The notes under the pieces: model-generated
The model's input: only the letters and a program-made list of their open reading frames with translations
The model's database searches: none
What the model was told of the DNA's origin: nothing
Shown here: positions 26,199 to 39,233 of the stretch, piece after piece
How the letters are laid out: every line of letters begins with the position of its first letter
Position numbering within the stretch: the first letter of the stretch is position 1
Program-made: the position numbers and the translations under genes
DNA from: a bacterium
GTDB lineage: Bacteria; Patescibacteriota; Gracilibacteria; BD1-5; UBA6164
Length of the DNA stretch: 64,000 bases
NCBI GenBank assembly: GCA_024635475.1
Contig: JAGXIW010000008.1
Span: 13,592 to 77,591, forward strand
Direction: 5' to 3'

Positions 26199-27143
26199 AT
26201 GGCAAATATTTGATATATCCAAGTAAATCGTTTTTGTAATAACCAATGTCATTTTTGTTCAAATACAAGTAATTGAAATAATATCACTTTTGAAAGATGA
26301 TTGGAACTTATAGATGATTTTATTTCTAGAAAATATTCTTGAATTATCTTCACTTGATGAGAACCTACTTTATCACCAGATTTACCGAAATGGATAGATT
26401 ATGCAAAACAAAAGAATATTAATTGTAGGATTATATCTAACGGGATGATGTGTTCTAATATCGATTATATAAAAACTTTAAAAACTGCTTGATTATCTTT
26501 AATTCATTTTTCATTGTACTCATATATTTTAGAAATTCATGATTTTTTGACTGATACTCCATGATCATACAAAAAATTACTAAAAGCTATTCAAAATGCA
26601 TTAAAACTCTGAATTAGAGTACAATTAAATTGTGTTATAAATAAATATAATCAAAATCATCTTGATAAAACTACTAAATTTATAGTAAATAATTTTCCAG
26701 ATATAAAGCATTTTGTTTGGAATAATTTGGATCCACAGATGATGAGACAAACTGAGATTGCTTTATCTACTTTACCTGATTTTGATATTGCTTGAAAAAA
26801 TTTAGTTAGAACTATGACTTTTTTGGAATCAACTTGAAGAACTTTTAGAGTTGAAAGATTACCAATTTGTTTTATGAGAGGGTTTGAACGGGCTTCAACA
26901 GAAACAAGAAAAATAGTTAAACATGAAGAAAGAATAGTACATTTTTTGGATTCCAGAAATACTTTTCAGGAACTAGAATGGGAACATGAAAGAGCTATAG
27001 AATGTGAAAAATGTGACTTAAAATCAATTTGTGCAGGAATTTATGAAAAAAAGGCTTATTATAATTATGTAAAAGTTATTTCTCAGAAATTATCAAAAGA
27101 AGAAAAAGAAAAAATCATATCTAAAATAAAAATGGATGAATAA
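26199..27143 (+). CDS. Radical SAM protein, HxsC-like
   Basis: MANIGYIQVNRFCNNQCHFCSN; FTGGEPT; RLPIC...CEKCDLKSICAG. Confidence 0.87.
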
Positions 27144-27221
27144 AATTCTGATAATGTTGTATATGAAATATTTTTAATACTTTGATAATTAGATTATTTC
27201 AAATACATTATTATCAGAATT
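27144..27221. terminator. Long inverted repeat between convergent genes
   Basis: 27-bp arms AATTCTGATAATGTTGTATATGAAATA / TATTTCAAATACATTATTATCAGAATT, 3 mismatches. Confidence 0.5.
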
Positions 27222-27956
27222 AAAATCAAAAGAAGAAATTATTTCAACGATTTTTTTAGCAACTTCACTTGTTTGAAAAATATGATTTTGTACTGGCATA
27301 TTCATTTTTGGATGTATTATTTTTGCTATTTTTAGATTTTGTATATATCTTAAAAATAATTCATCTATATTTTTAAATCTTCTAAGAGGTGCAAAATCTG
27401 TATAGGTAAATCAAGGTCTTATAATTATACTATTTTTCTTAGCTTGAAATGAAATTATCTCTTCTTGAATAGCCTTCATCACACGGTATTTAAAATGTCT
27501 AATATTTCTTTTTATAACAAAATTTAACAAAAAATGTTTTTCCAATTCTTTTTTAAGAGAAACTGTGGAAGAACTAATATGTACAAGTTTATTTTTATGA
27601 GTAGAAATTTCTCTTGATAAAAATTCAACAAAATCATTTTGTCTATCAAATAGCTTTTTTCTTTCATCTAATCAAAAAGAATCAACCATTATTGCTGCAG
27701 AATTTATAACAACTAAATTATCCAATTCTAAGATGCTTTTTATATAATCTCTTATTTTATTATTATCTTGAGAAAATAAATCACCATTACAAATTTCAGT
27801 ATTTTTAGAACTAAGTTCAGATTTTGTTTCTGTTAATTTTTCACTTCTTCTTCATCAAACTAAATAGAAATTTGAATCATTATTTGTTCTTCATAATTCT
27901 AGAGCTATTTCCTTTCCTATTCCACTTCAAGCACCAGTTATTAAAAAATTTTTCAT
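27189..27956 (-). CDS. SDR / NAD(P)-dependent oxidoreductase
   Basis: MKNFLITGAGSGIGKEIA; VVINSAA; YRVMK (YxxxK). Confidence 0.8.
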
Positions 27957-28103
27957 AAAATAATGTTCTATCAAATTGTAGATTAATTGCATAATATTAT
28001 AAAAAACAAACAAGTCAAGTAAAAAATATATCAAATATTTGCATTTTTTATAACTAATATGATATGATAATTGGGGCAGTTATAAAAATATAAGTTTTTT
28101 AAA

Positions 28104-30539
28104 ATGAAAAAAATACTTTTAGAAATCACAGTTGATAAGACAAACGAGAAATGACCTGAGATTTTTGAGCATATCTTGATTGTTTTACATAAAGTTTTTG
28201 ATAAATATAATGTGAAAGATTTTACTAAAAAAACTATAGAGTTACCTACTTTTTCTTTTGAAATTACAAAAATAGGTAATAGTATTAGATTTTTTTTAGT
28301 TTGTCCTGACAAATATACAAATTTCATAAAAAATCAGATTTATGCACATTTTAACAATGTAGAAATCAATGAAGTATGTGATTATTTGGCTAGAATTCCA
28401 GCAGATAAGATGACTATTGGAAATGTAGGTTTTTCAAAGCACAATTATTACCCAATAAAGAATTTTGTAGAGATGCAAGAATTATGAGCAAAAGAAAAAG
28501 TTGATCCATATTCATCAATTACATCTTCTCTTTCTAGGACTTGAAGTTACTCTCTAAATACTATCCAAATCAATTTTCATCCAATTGATGATTATGTGTG
28601 GAAAAAAGATTTTGAAGAAACTATTAAAATTATTTTGTCAGGTAGTTCACCTATTTTTAAAAAAATTCTTCTAAGTAAATGGTATAAATATTTTAAATTA
28701 TGATTATTACCAATAAGTCTTCTTTTAAAATTAATTACGATAATAGCTAGACCTGATTCATATAAATCTAATAAAAATGAAGTTAAAAATGATAATACAG
28801 TAGAAGATGAAAGCGATGGAATTCCTCTTAATATAAAAAATAAACTATTTTTGCAATGATTTGCTTGTAGTATGAATATAATAGCTGCATCAGAAGATGA
28901 TATAGAATCAAAATCAAGTATAAAAGAGATTTTTTCAACTTTGAGCATATTTTCTGGTTCCGGGCTTAATTCTTTTAAATTAAATTACATAAATAAAGAA
29001 GAATCAAGTATTAACTTAGCAAAAGCAAGAAGTCTAAATAATTATTTTATATTAAATACAAAAGAACTTTCTTGACTAGTACATCTACCTACTACTTATG
29101 TAAAAACTCCATCTATAGCTTGGGTTTCTTCTCGTAATTTTGAACCACCAGCAGATTTACCTCTCATAACAGAAAAAGCTGAAAACTGAGATTTAACACC
29201 AATTTGAAAAACAAATTTTAGATGAACAAATATAAATTTTGGTATATGACCAAATGATAGAAGAAGACATATGTATATAATCTGAAAAACAGGTATGTGA
29301 AAATCTACACTGCTTGAAAATATGATAATTGATGATATAAAAAAATGAAGATGAGTTGCTGTAATTGATCCTCACGGAGATCTAGCTGAGAATATTATTT
29401 GATTTATTCCAAAAAATAGGACAAATAATGTAATAATTGTTGATCCTTCAGATGTTGAATGGCCAATAGCATTTAATATGTTTGACTGAGTAAGTCCAGA
29501 ACATAGATCACTTATTGCTTCTTGAATAGTTGGAATTTTTAAAAGGATATTTTGAGACAGTTGGTGACCTAGACTTGAGCATATTCTTAGAAATACTTTA
29601 ATGAGTTTACTTGAATATCCAGGAGCAACATTACTTTCTGTGCCTTTGATGCTTACTTCTGATTTATACAGAAATAGAGTACTCTCTAAAGTTACTGATC
29701 CAGTTGTAAGAAAGTTTTGGTCAAGTGAATTTGATAGAATGGCTCCAAATCAAAGAGTTGAAGCAGTTGCTCCAATATTGAATAAAGTATGACAATTTCT
29801 TTCTAGTCCAATTCTTAGAAATGTACTTGGACAATCTAAAAATAGCTTCAATATGAGGTGGGCAATGGATAATAAAAAGATAATTATAGTAAATTTATCA
29901 AAATGAAAAATCTGAGAAGATGCTTCAGCTTTACTATGATCTATGCTTGTTACCAAATTTCAGCTGGATGCAATGAGTAGAGCAGATATTCCTGAAAAAG
30001 ATAGAAAAGATTTTTATTTATATGTAGATGAATTTCAAAACTTTGCAACAGATAGTTTTTCTACTATATTATCTGAAGCTCGTAAATATAAACTTAATCT
30101 AGTAATGGCAAATCAATATATAGACCAAATGACAGAAGATGTAAAATGAGCTGTTTTTGGTAATGTATGAAGCCTTGTTTCATTTCAAGTTTGATATCAT
30201 GATGCATCTATTTTAAAAGAAGTATTTGCTTGAGATCTAGTTGAAAATGATTTGATTAATCTTAAAAATCATACTATCTATACCAAACTATTGATAAATG
30301 GTATGCCGTCACCGATTTTTTCAGCAAACACACTTCCTCCTCATAAAAAAGATGAGAAAGAATTTAAAACAAGATACGAAAAAGTCTTAGCAGTAAATAG
30401 AGAAAAATACTGTAAACCAAGAGACAAAGTAGTAAAAAATATAAATGATATGATGTGAGAACTTGAGAAAGCAGAAAATGATTTGTTTAAAAAAAGGGAA
30501 GAGGGTAAGAAAAAAGATACAAAAAAATTAAAAAATTAA
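28104..30539 (+). CDS. VirD4/TraD-like (type IV coupling protein/HerA-family) ATPase
   Basis: DRRRHMYIIGKTGMGKSTLL; VIDPHGDL; FYLYVDEFQNF; SEARKYKLNLVMANQY. Confidence 0.85.
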
Positions 30540-30560
30540 TTGACATTTAGAACTTTTGGA

Positions 30561-30596
30561 ATAAAAATAGGCTTCTTAAAAAAAGCCTATTTTTAT
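30561..30596 (+). terminator. Intrinsic terminator-like hairpin
   Basis: ATAAAAATAGGCTT-cttaaaaa-AAGCCTATTTTTAT. Confidence 0.6.
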
Positions 30597-30607
30597 AAAT
30601 TAATTAT

Positions 30608-32731
30608 ATGGATACACTGTTTATTTTTTCAACTTTATCATTACTTACTTTAATTTTGATATCTTGTTGAACTTATTTTTTATCAAAAAGAATAAATTTT
30701 CCATTCACAGTATTACTTGTACTGGTCTGAATTATATTAATACCTCTTTCTAGTTTAAGTTTTTTTTCATTTATAGATGATTTTAGGCTTACTCCAGAGG
30801 TGTTATTTTTTGTTTTTTTACCAATACTGCTTTTTGAATCTGCTTACAATATGAATTATAGGCAGGTGATAAAAAATTGGAAAAGTATAACTTCATTAGC
30901 AGTTTTTTGACTTTTAATTTCAGCTTCACTTATAGCTATTGTTTTATTTTTTGTATTTCCACTTATAGGATTTAATATACCTTTTATGGTATGTTTACTT
31001 TTTTGAAGTCTTATATCAGCTACTGATCCAGTCGCAGTACTTTCACTTTTTAAGACTGTAGGAGCTCCTAGAAGATTAACTTTGATATTTGAATGAGAAA
31101 GCCTTTTCAATGATTGAACTTCATTAGCTTTATTTCTTGTCGTATTGTGAATAATTTTTGAATGAACTGTAACTTGAGGCTCTATACTTTGATGATTAGG
31201 ATCTTTTAGTTCTATGATGTTAGGTTGAATTATATTTTGAGGTATAACTTGATTTATATTCTCAAAAATTATATGAATGATTAAAAATAATGAGGCAATA
31301 GAAATTACTTTTACTATGGTTTTAGCTCATTTAACATTTATATTATCTGAGATAATAAATGAACATTTATGAATTCCAATTTCATGAGTAATATCTACTA
31401 CAATAGCATGAATTATAATTTGAAATTATGGTAGATACAAGATTTCACCAAAGGTTGAAGAATATATGGAAAAATTTTGGTGATTTTTTGCTTTTTTAGC
31501 AAATTCATTGGTTTTTATACTTATGGGTTTAACTCTTTCTTATGTTGATATAGATTTTTTCAAATTTTTAGCTCCTATTTTTGTTGTTATATTGGTTGTA
31601 ATGTTTTCTCGTGCAATTAGTGTTTACATCCCAACATGAATAATTAATTATTTTAATCTAGAAGAGAAAATACCAAGATCTTGGCAACATTTATTATCTT
31701 GGTGAAGTTTAAGATGAGCTTTAGCAATGATGATGGTTTTGATGATTCCATGAGTGTGAGATGAAAACTATGATAAAATCTTGAGATTTCAAGAAATGGT
31801 TGGTTGGAATTATGATTTTTCTATTAGAGATTTTGTTATGGTTATAACTATTTGAAGTATTATGTTTACTCTTCTTATAAAAGCTACAACAATAACAGCA
31901 TTTATGAGAAAAATGAAAATAGATAAATTAAATGATTTAGAACAATTTGAATATGAAGAATGAAAGATAATGGCATTTCTAAAAATATTGGAAAAATTAA
32001 ACAGATCTTTTGAAAAAGGATATATAATAAAAAAAGAATACGATATATTAAAATTTAAATATGAAAAAAAATTAAGCGATGCTGTAAAATGATTAAAGGA
32101 TTTACTTGAATGACAAAAAGAAAATGCAATTATTTTAATAAAAAAAGCAATATCATTACATTCATTATGAATAGAAAAACAATATTTAAAAGAATTATTT
32201 TTTTATAATGAGATCAATGAAATTAACTTTAAATATATTATTAGAAAAATTAATAGACAGATAGAAAGATTAGAATTGTGAGATGAACAATTAAGTAAAG
32301 TAAAAGATATAAATTATAAAGATTATGATATATTTGAAAAATTGATTTCAAAATTTGATCATAAAATATGAAGTGATGTAAATTTGTACCTAAGAAATAG
32401 GACAAAAATAGTAATAACTAGAAAAGTAATTAAAGAACTTGAAGAGTTAAAAAATATTGATTTTTGATTTGATAATAATTTATTTAATGATGTTATAGAT
32501 TTATATAAAAAATTTAATTTGATAGCCGAGGAAAAGAAAAAAGAGATTATACTTAAAAATAATGAGATTATAAGTGAATTGGAATTAGAATTATACGATA
32601 AGTCATTGTTGAAAATGGAAGAAAAAGTTATTAATGATTTATATGAAAAAGAAATTATTACACCGAAATTACATTTGAAATTTATAAATGAGATAGAAAG
32701 CTCAATTTATAAAAATATAAAAAATAACTAG
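30608..32731 (+). CDS. CPA1 family Na+/H+ antiporter
   Basis: LPILLFESAY; SATDPVAV; EGESLFNDGT; GSLRGAL; many TM segments. Confidence 0.9.
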
Positions 32732-32734
32732 AAT

Positions 32735-34636
32735 TTACTTCAAAGTCCTACTTATTACTTGTTCTTCATAAGGAGAAGCTATTATTTGTATTCAAACATG
32801 TTCTGTTCAGGCAAAGAAAAGTCCTTGTCATATACTTGAATTTAGTAGTATATATTTTTCTTGTTCAGTTAATTTAAATATATTTTGTAGCACATCAATA
32901 GAAGCTGTTGATTGCTTTAATAGTAATTGAATAGAAGAGTTTGTTACTATTGGTTTTCATTGTGGACTAGATAGGAAATCTTCCACATCTTGAGTAATTG
33001 TAGTGACTCAAAGACCATATTTTCTGGCTCTTTTTACAAGTCAATATAGAAATTTTGCTGAGTCTTCATATTGCATTATATTCCATGCTTCATCTATAAC
33101 TAACATTCTTTTTTTCATAGAACTTCTTATCTTGTTCCAAATATGATTCATAATTACATACATAGCAATTGGTCTAAGTATCTCATCTAAATCTCTTACT
33201 GAAAATACTTGTAATCATTCTTGTAAATCTATATTTGTTGGTTGACTAAAAATCCCAGAAAATATTCAATTTGTGTATTTATCTATTCTTTTTACAAGCC
33301 CAGAAGCTCAATCCATAGTCTCAAGTACTTCTTGTAAATCTTTCATAACTGGAATTTCTTTTCATACGGCATTGTCATCATCAAGTGTAATTCATTTTAG
33401 ACTATAAGTCGCTATAATACCTTTTTCTAAAATTGTTTCTTCATCAATTGTTATTTTCCCAAGCATCAGATTCATCAGTCAAAGCAAGTTTATAACTGCA
33501 TTTCTAAGTAAATCACCAGGTCTAATTTCTTGGTCTTTTACTCAGAGTGGTAAATCAAAAGGATTAATTCTTTGAGTTGAATTTAGTGATACATTTAGAT
33601 AACTTCATCAAACAACATTCACAAGATTTTTGTATTCATTTTCGGGATCTATTACTATTACATCAGTTCATATCATCAGGCTTCTAAGTATCTCAAGTTT
33701 TACAGCAAAAGATTTTCAAGAACCAGATTTTGCAAATACACACATATTTGCATTTTCAGTTCTATATCTATCAAATATAATTAGAGAATTATTATGAGTA
33801 TTTACTCAATATAAAATCCCATCATCATGACTTAAAGTCGATGAAGTAAAAGGAAAAGTTGTTGAAATTCATCCTGTGGACATATTTCTATATACACCAA
33901 GTTCATCACGAGCAAAAGGTCCTGTTGATATAAATCATTGTTCAGCTCTTAAAAAACTTTGTTTTTGTAATACATTTCTTCAAGCTAGTAGTATTTCTAT
34001 ATCTTTTCATATTTTATTCAACATTTCTTCATTATCACTGTATATAGTTATATAAAGTCATAAGTGAAAATATTTTTCCTCTCATCTAGCAAGTTTTTGT
34101 CTAAATTCTTCTACATCTTGTATCTGAGCATCTAAAGCAGGGTCTCAAATAAGTCATCTATCGGAATTTATACTTCTTTCTGAATGTAATTGAGTTAATC
34201 TTTTTTTAAGATATTTTTGTATAAAGCTTCAATTTATAGGGTATACATATAAGCTTATATCAAATTTGACATCCCAGTTTATAATTGGAGATAACCAATT
34301 TCATTCCAAATAATTTGGATAAGCATATACAAAAAAAGTTCTAGCAAATACATCATTTATCTTGATTTTATCAGGATAAATTCTCATAAATGCAGGAGAA
34401 ATTATATCTTTTACATAAGCCAGTGCACTTTTATAATCACTTTCAGCTTCCATTATAAATTTATCTTCATTTTTTTCACTTATAATGTCTTTCTTTTTAT
34501 CTGTAGAATTATTATTAGAAGATTTGGTTAATAATGGCTTTAAATCTTTGTCAAAACTATATATATCTCAAGGATATCTTTTTTTGATTAATTCTACCAA
34601 TTTCTCTTGAATATGCATTTTTTCTTGATCTGACAT
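32735..34636 (-). CDS. VirB4-like ATPase
   Basis: NANMCVFAKSGSGKSF; IDPENEY; VIDEAW; KRARKYGLGVTTITQD. Confidence 0.87.
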
Positions 34637-34707
34637 TATTATTGGAAATTAGGATGTATAACAATTTAATAGATTATAATAGAATACGATTATTTTAAAA
34701 GTATTTT

Positions 34708-35976
34708 TTATTTTTTCATTTGACCTTTTATCTTTAATCTTTTGATTTTAATCTATTTTTACCAATGCCATTCTGTCATTATTGATTTATCATTTAAAAC
34801 ATCTTCAGAAAAGTCATCTAGTTTATTATAATCTTTTGGTTTGTATTGAAGTACAACTAGAGTTATATCATCAACTTGATAGTGTTTATATCACATAAAT
34901 TTTGATAATTCTATAGATATTTTATTAAATACTCACCTAGCCGTTTTATATTTTTTAGATTTCATATTTGGAGATTCTTCTATTGCTTGTATTAATCTAT
35001 TTTCTCAAAATCTTTTTTTTATATCAGACACATCTTTGCTATTTATAGAATCAGTTATTCAATCACTATATAATATTATTATATCATTTTCTTCAAATTG
35101 AATTTCTCTTTCTTTTATTACTTTTTCTATATTTTTTACCATTCACAAAGCAAGTCATTCTGATTTTATTTTAAAACATTTATTAAGCTTATCTTTATAA
35201 ATTATTAGGTATTCATGCCCAGCTCAAGTCATAAATAATCTTTTTTCTTTCTCATTCCATCTAATCATAAGTAAACTCATAAGTAAACTTGTTTTGATTC
35301 TAGGCTTCAAAGTTTCATTTACATTTATTAGTATTTGAGCTCATGAAATAAATACTTTAGTCAATGCACTTATTAAGGCATTTACCATAACCATTATAAA
35401 TCATGCTCAAACTCAATGCCCAGTAGCATCTCAAATATATATATAATAATTATCATTGTTTTGTATTACATCAAAACTATCTCATCATATTTCTCACATT
35501 GGTTTTGATTTTGCAACTATATTTATAGAAGGAGGATGAATAATTGTCTTATGTAATAGTTTTTCTTGTATTTCACGAGCTAATTCTACTTCTCATTTAA
35601 TTTCTTTTCATCTTAAAAAATCAGTTCTTATATTTTTAAAACTATTTAAAAACTGTAAGAAAAAACCATTTATATAAGATATATTTGGGTTTAAAGATTT
35701 TTTTATATCTATTTTTTCATTCGTTAGTATTGCTTTTTGTATATTGTAAACTAGTGATTTTATAGGTCAATCATAAAACAAATTTATATAAATCATTACA
35801 AATAATCATTCTATAACTATTGATATAATTATTACTGCAGTTTTTGTTTCATATAATGATTTTGAAATATTTGTAAATTTAAACAATAAAAATATATTTA
35901 TAATTACTATAAAAATAATTATTATATTTAAAATATTTAGAATTAATGTATTTTTTATTTTTCACAATATTCACAT
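34708..35976 (-). CDS. Membrane-anchored PP2C/SpoIIE-family phosphatase
   Basis: Two N-terminal TMs; CGDSFD; IGDATGHGVGAG; LYSDGITD; DDITLVV. Confidence 0.87.
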
Positions 35977-36120
35977 CTTGTTTTAGAATATTAATAATAA
36001 TCTTACTTAATTTTAACATTTTTTGTAAATAAAATCAAATAATCTAAAAGAAAACTGTACAAAAAAGTAAAATAAATATAATATAGATATATAAAAACCA
36101 TTATTTTAATATAATTGAAA

Positions 36121-37677
36121 ATGAAAGATATAAAATGTAAAATAAATAGAGGCTTGGGTAATTGTAATTTAATCAATAAAATAGGTTTTACTTTAATAGA
36201 ATTAATAATTGTAGTAACGATTTTAGCAATTCTATGAACAATAGGATTTGTATCATATGTATGATATGTAAGTGTATCAAGAGATTCAACTAGAATATCT
36301 CAAATACAAATAATAAATCAAGCATTCAATTCATATACACATTGAAGACCTCCATTACCTGATAATAAAGTTACAATATATGCAAGTTGAGTAATATTAG
36401 GATATCAATGATATGTAGGAGAAGATGTATTATCAAATATATGAGTAAATGAACAATGAAAAGATCCACTTGATAATAATTATTATACATATTTTATAGA
36501 CAAGAAACAAAGAAATATACAATTACTTACATTTTTAGAGAATGAATTAGATGAAAATCTTAGTTATAATTGATTTATAAATCAAGCTATAGCTGATTAT
36601 AGTAATAGAATTCCAAAACCTTATTGAAGTAAATTATGAGTGATTGTAGAGAGTGGTTCAAATTCACCAATTCAAGATAACACAGCACTTAGAGATAGTT
36701 GACTTGATGTAAGTACTACCACAACTCCATACAAAGCTTACTTTACATCTGATCAATATTTATACTGAACTTGAATAATTTTACATAAACTTCAACAATC
36801 AATAAATCATAATTGAGTATGATTAGCATCACCAAGTTCTTGTCCAGGTGGATTTATAGGAGTGCCAGGTAATATAGAATTTAATCAACCAGGATTTTGT
36901 GTGATGAAATATGAAGCAAGTTATAACACTCCATACAACCTAACTACAGAGCCTAATCGGGAAACAGATGATTATAATTCTTCAAAAACAGATATAATAT
37001 CTAAAGCTTGAGGATATCCTATAACAAAGATAACACAATTAGAAGCTATAAATTTATGTAAAAATATGTGAGAAGGGTATCACTTAGTAATGAATGATGA
37101 ATGGATGGTAATAGCTAGAAATATAGAGCAGGTTTGAAATAACTGGTCAGGAAATAAAGTATGAAGTTGATTTATATATATTGGTAGATCAGAAAATTCA
37201 CTTAGATGATGTGTATGATCTTGATGAATTTCTGATATATTATCTTCAACATGGGCAGAATCAACTTGAACTGATTGTATAGAAAAAAGAAATGATTGAA
37301 AAGCAAGAAATACATTGATATTATCTAATTGAGAAGATATATGGGATTTCGCGGGGAATATACAAGAGCATGTAAATAAAGCAAATACATTAGATTGAAA
37401 TAATTATGCAACTTGAACTAATCCTAATCTATGTGGACAAACTAATGATGGTTATGAATGGAATGAATGTACATTATCATGAAGAACTCTTTATTGACCG
37501 ACAAATATTGCACGGACGAGTACTTACTGAGTATGAACAGTATACGGTTATAATTGAACTATTTTTACTCGTTGAGGTCGTGCTAGTAATAGCTTTCGTT
37601 CTGGAATATTTAGATTGACATTGGATTTTGATTCTGATAGTAAAATTGAATATTTAGGGTTTCGTTGTGCTAAGTAA
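36121..37677 (+). CDS. Type IV pilin-like protein with C-terminal FGE-sulfatase/C-lectin domain
   Basis: G|FTLIELIIVVTILAILG prepilin motif; FCVMKYEA; YHLVMNDEW; IWDFAGNIQEHV; LGFRCAK. Confidence 0.85.
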
Positions 37678-37993
37678 TTTTCCGTTTTTTTCTATTAATC
37701 ATTTCTTAATTCAGAAGTTTATAGTATTTTTCAAAAATAAAAAGTATTAAAAATACTTTTTTCTTTCTTAATCATCTCTTACTTAAACCTTTCTTACTTC
37801 TTACAAATATAATATTTATGTAAACTTCATCCTAGGGAAGATTACAAACAAACTAAACAAAAAACTTCTTTTATTAAAAAAATTTATTCTTTTGTCTTAG
37901 TCAGTAATTTAAGAATTTAAAAAATACTACAAGGCCACTAAAGATAAATTTATATAATAAATGAAAAAGATTTTAATTACTAATTAAATAAAA

Positions 37994-38710
37994 ATGAAAA
38001 ATAAAAAATTATTAACATGATTATTACTTACTACTGTTGTAGTAGGATGAATCTGAGCAACATTTGCAAGTGATTCTACAAAATCTTGAATAACAAATGC
38101 AAATAAAGAATTTAGAAAAATTAATAATTTAAATGCTGAACAAAAAGCTGAAATGGAAGCAATTAAAACTATAATGCAAAAAAAGAAAAATGGTGAAACT
38201 CTGACTGTAGATGAACAAGCTAAATTAACAGCTTTTGAAGCAAATAAACCAAATTGAAAGGGAATATGAATGGGAATGTGAATGGGGATGTTAATGGGAA
38301 AATGACATTGAGATAGATGATGAGAAATGAGAGAAAGAGGTTTTGAAAATAATTTAACTGATGCTGAAAAAACTGCATTAAAAACAATGACAAATGCAGA
38401 AAAACAAACTTTTTTTGAGACAAAAATGACTACTCAAAAAGCAAAAATGGAAGCATATGAAAATGTTATAGATAAATTATTAGCTTGAGTTACTCTTACT
38501 TCAGAAGAAGAAGCAATTAAACAAGAAATAATAAAACAAAGAGCTGAGAGAAAGGCTAAAATGGTGGAAATGGAAACTAAAATGACTGAAATAAAAGCTA
38601 TTTTAGAAAAAAAGAAAAGTGGTGAAACCTTGACTTCTGATGAACAAGCTAAACTTGATACTTTTAAATCAGAAAGACATTGAAAGGGGATGAGAAAGAT
38701 GATGAACTAA
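37994..38710 (+). CDS. Secreted helical repeat protein
   Basis: Signal peptide ...GATFA; repeat KKKxGETLTxDEQAKL twice; Gly/Met-rich linker. Confidence 0.75.
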
Positions 38711-38749
38711 AAAAATATTAAATATAAAGTTATAATATAAAGTTATAAG

Positions 38750-38785
38750 CAAAAAAACACTAAATTCCACTTTAGTGTTTTTTTG
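38750..38785. terminator. Bidirectional intrinsic terminator
   Basis: CAAAAAAACACTAAA-ttccac-TTTAGTGTTTTTTTG between convergent genes. Confidence 0.75.
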
Positions 38786-38790
38786 TATTT

Positions 38791-39207
38791 CTATTCACTT
38801 ATCCTTTCATATTGTATATCGGAATCTATTTTTGCAAAAACTACTTGCCAAAGGTGGTGTGTTTTTGCAAGTGCAGTTCCGGGGCAACATAGGAGATAAT
38901 ATTTCCATAATCTGTAAAATCTCTCATCATATTTATTTTTTAACTTACTCCAATTTTTATCAAAATTTTTATACCATTCAAGCATAGTTCTATGATAATG
39001 TTGTGTAAAATCATGCCAATCCACAACGTAAAATAATTCTTCAATTGCGGCCGTAATTTGTTTGGCTGAGAGACAAATTGAGCCGTTTAGTAACAATCTA
39101 GTATAAAATTTATCATTGTGGACTTTTATATCCCAAGGACGGGAACCGTTGATAATCACATCGGCTTTTTTAAATAATTCTATTCCTTTTTGTTTAATAT
39201 ATCACAT
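38791..39207 (-). pseudogene. cfa: Internally deleted cyclopropane fatty acyl phospholipid synthase
   Basis: Cfa N-terminus (INGSRPWDIKVHN..FY.R) fused in frame to the Cfa C-terminus (SAKQI..DWHDF..HY..Y.ERFYR..LWQVVF); methyltransferase core absent. Confidence 0.8.
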
Positions 39208-39233
39208 AATTTTTAATTTTAATGTTTATTTTT

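Noticed and set aside
36121..37990. Complete diversity-generating retroelement
   Set aside because: No reverse transcriptase or template repeat visible in the window.
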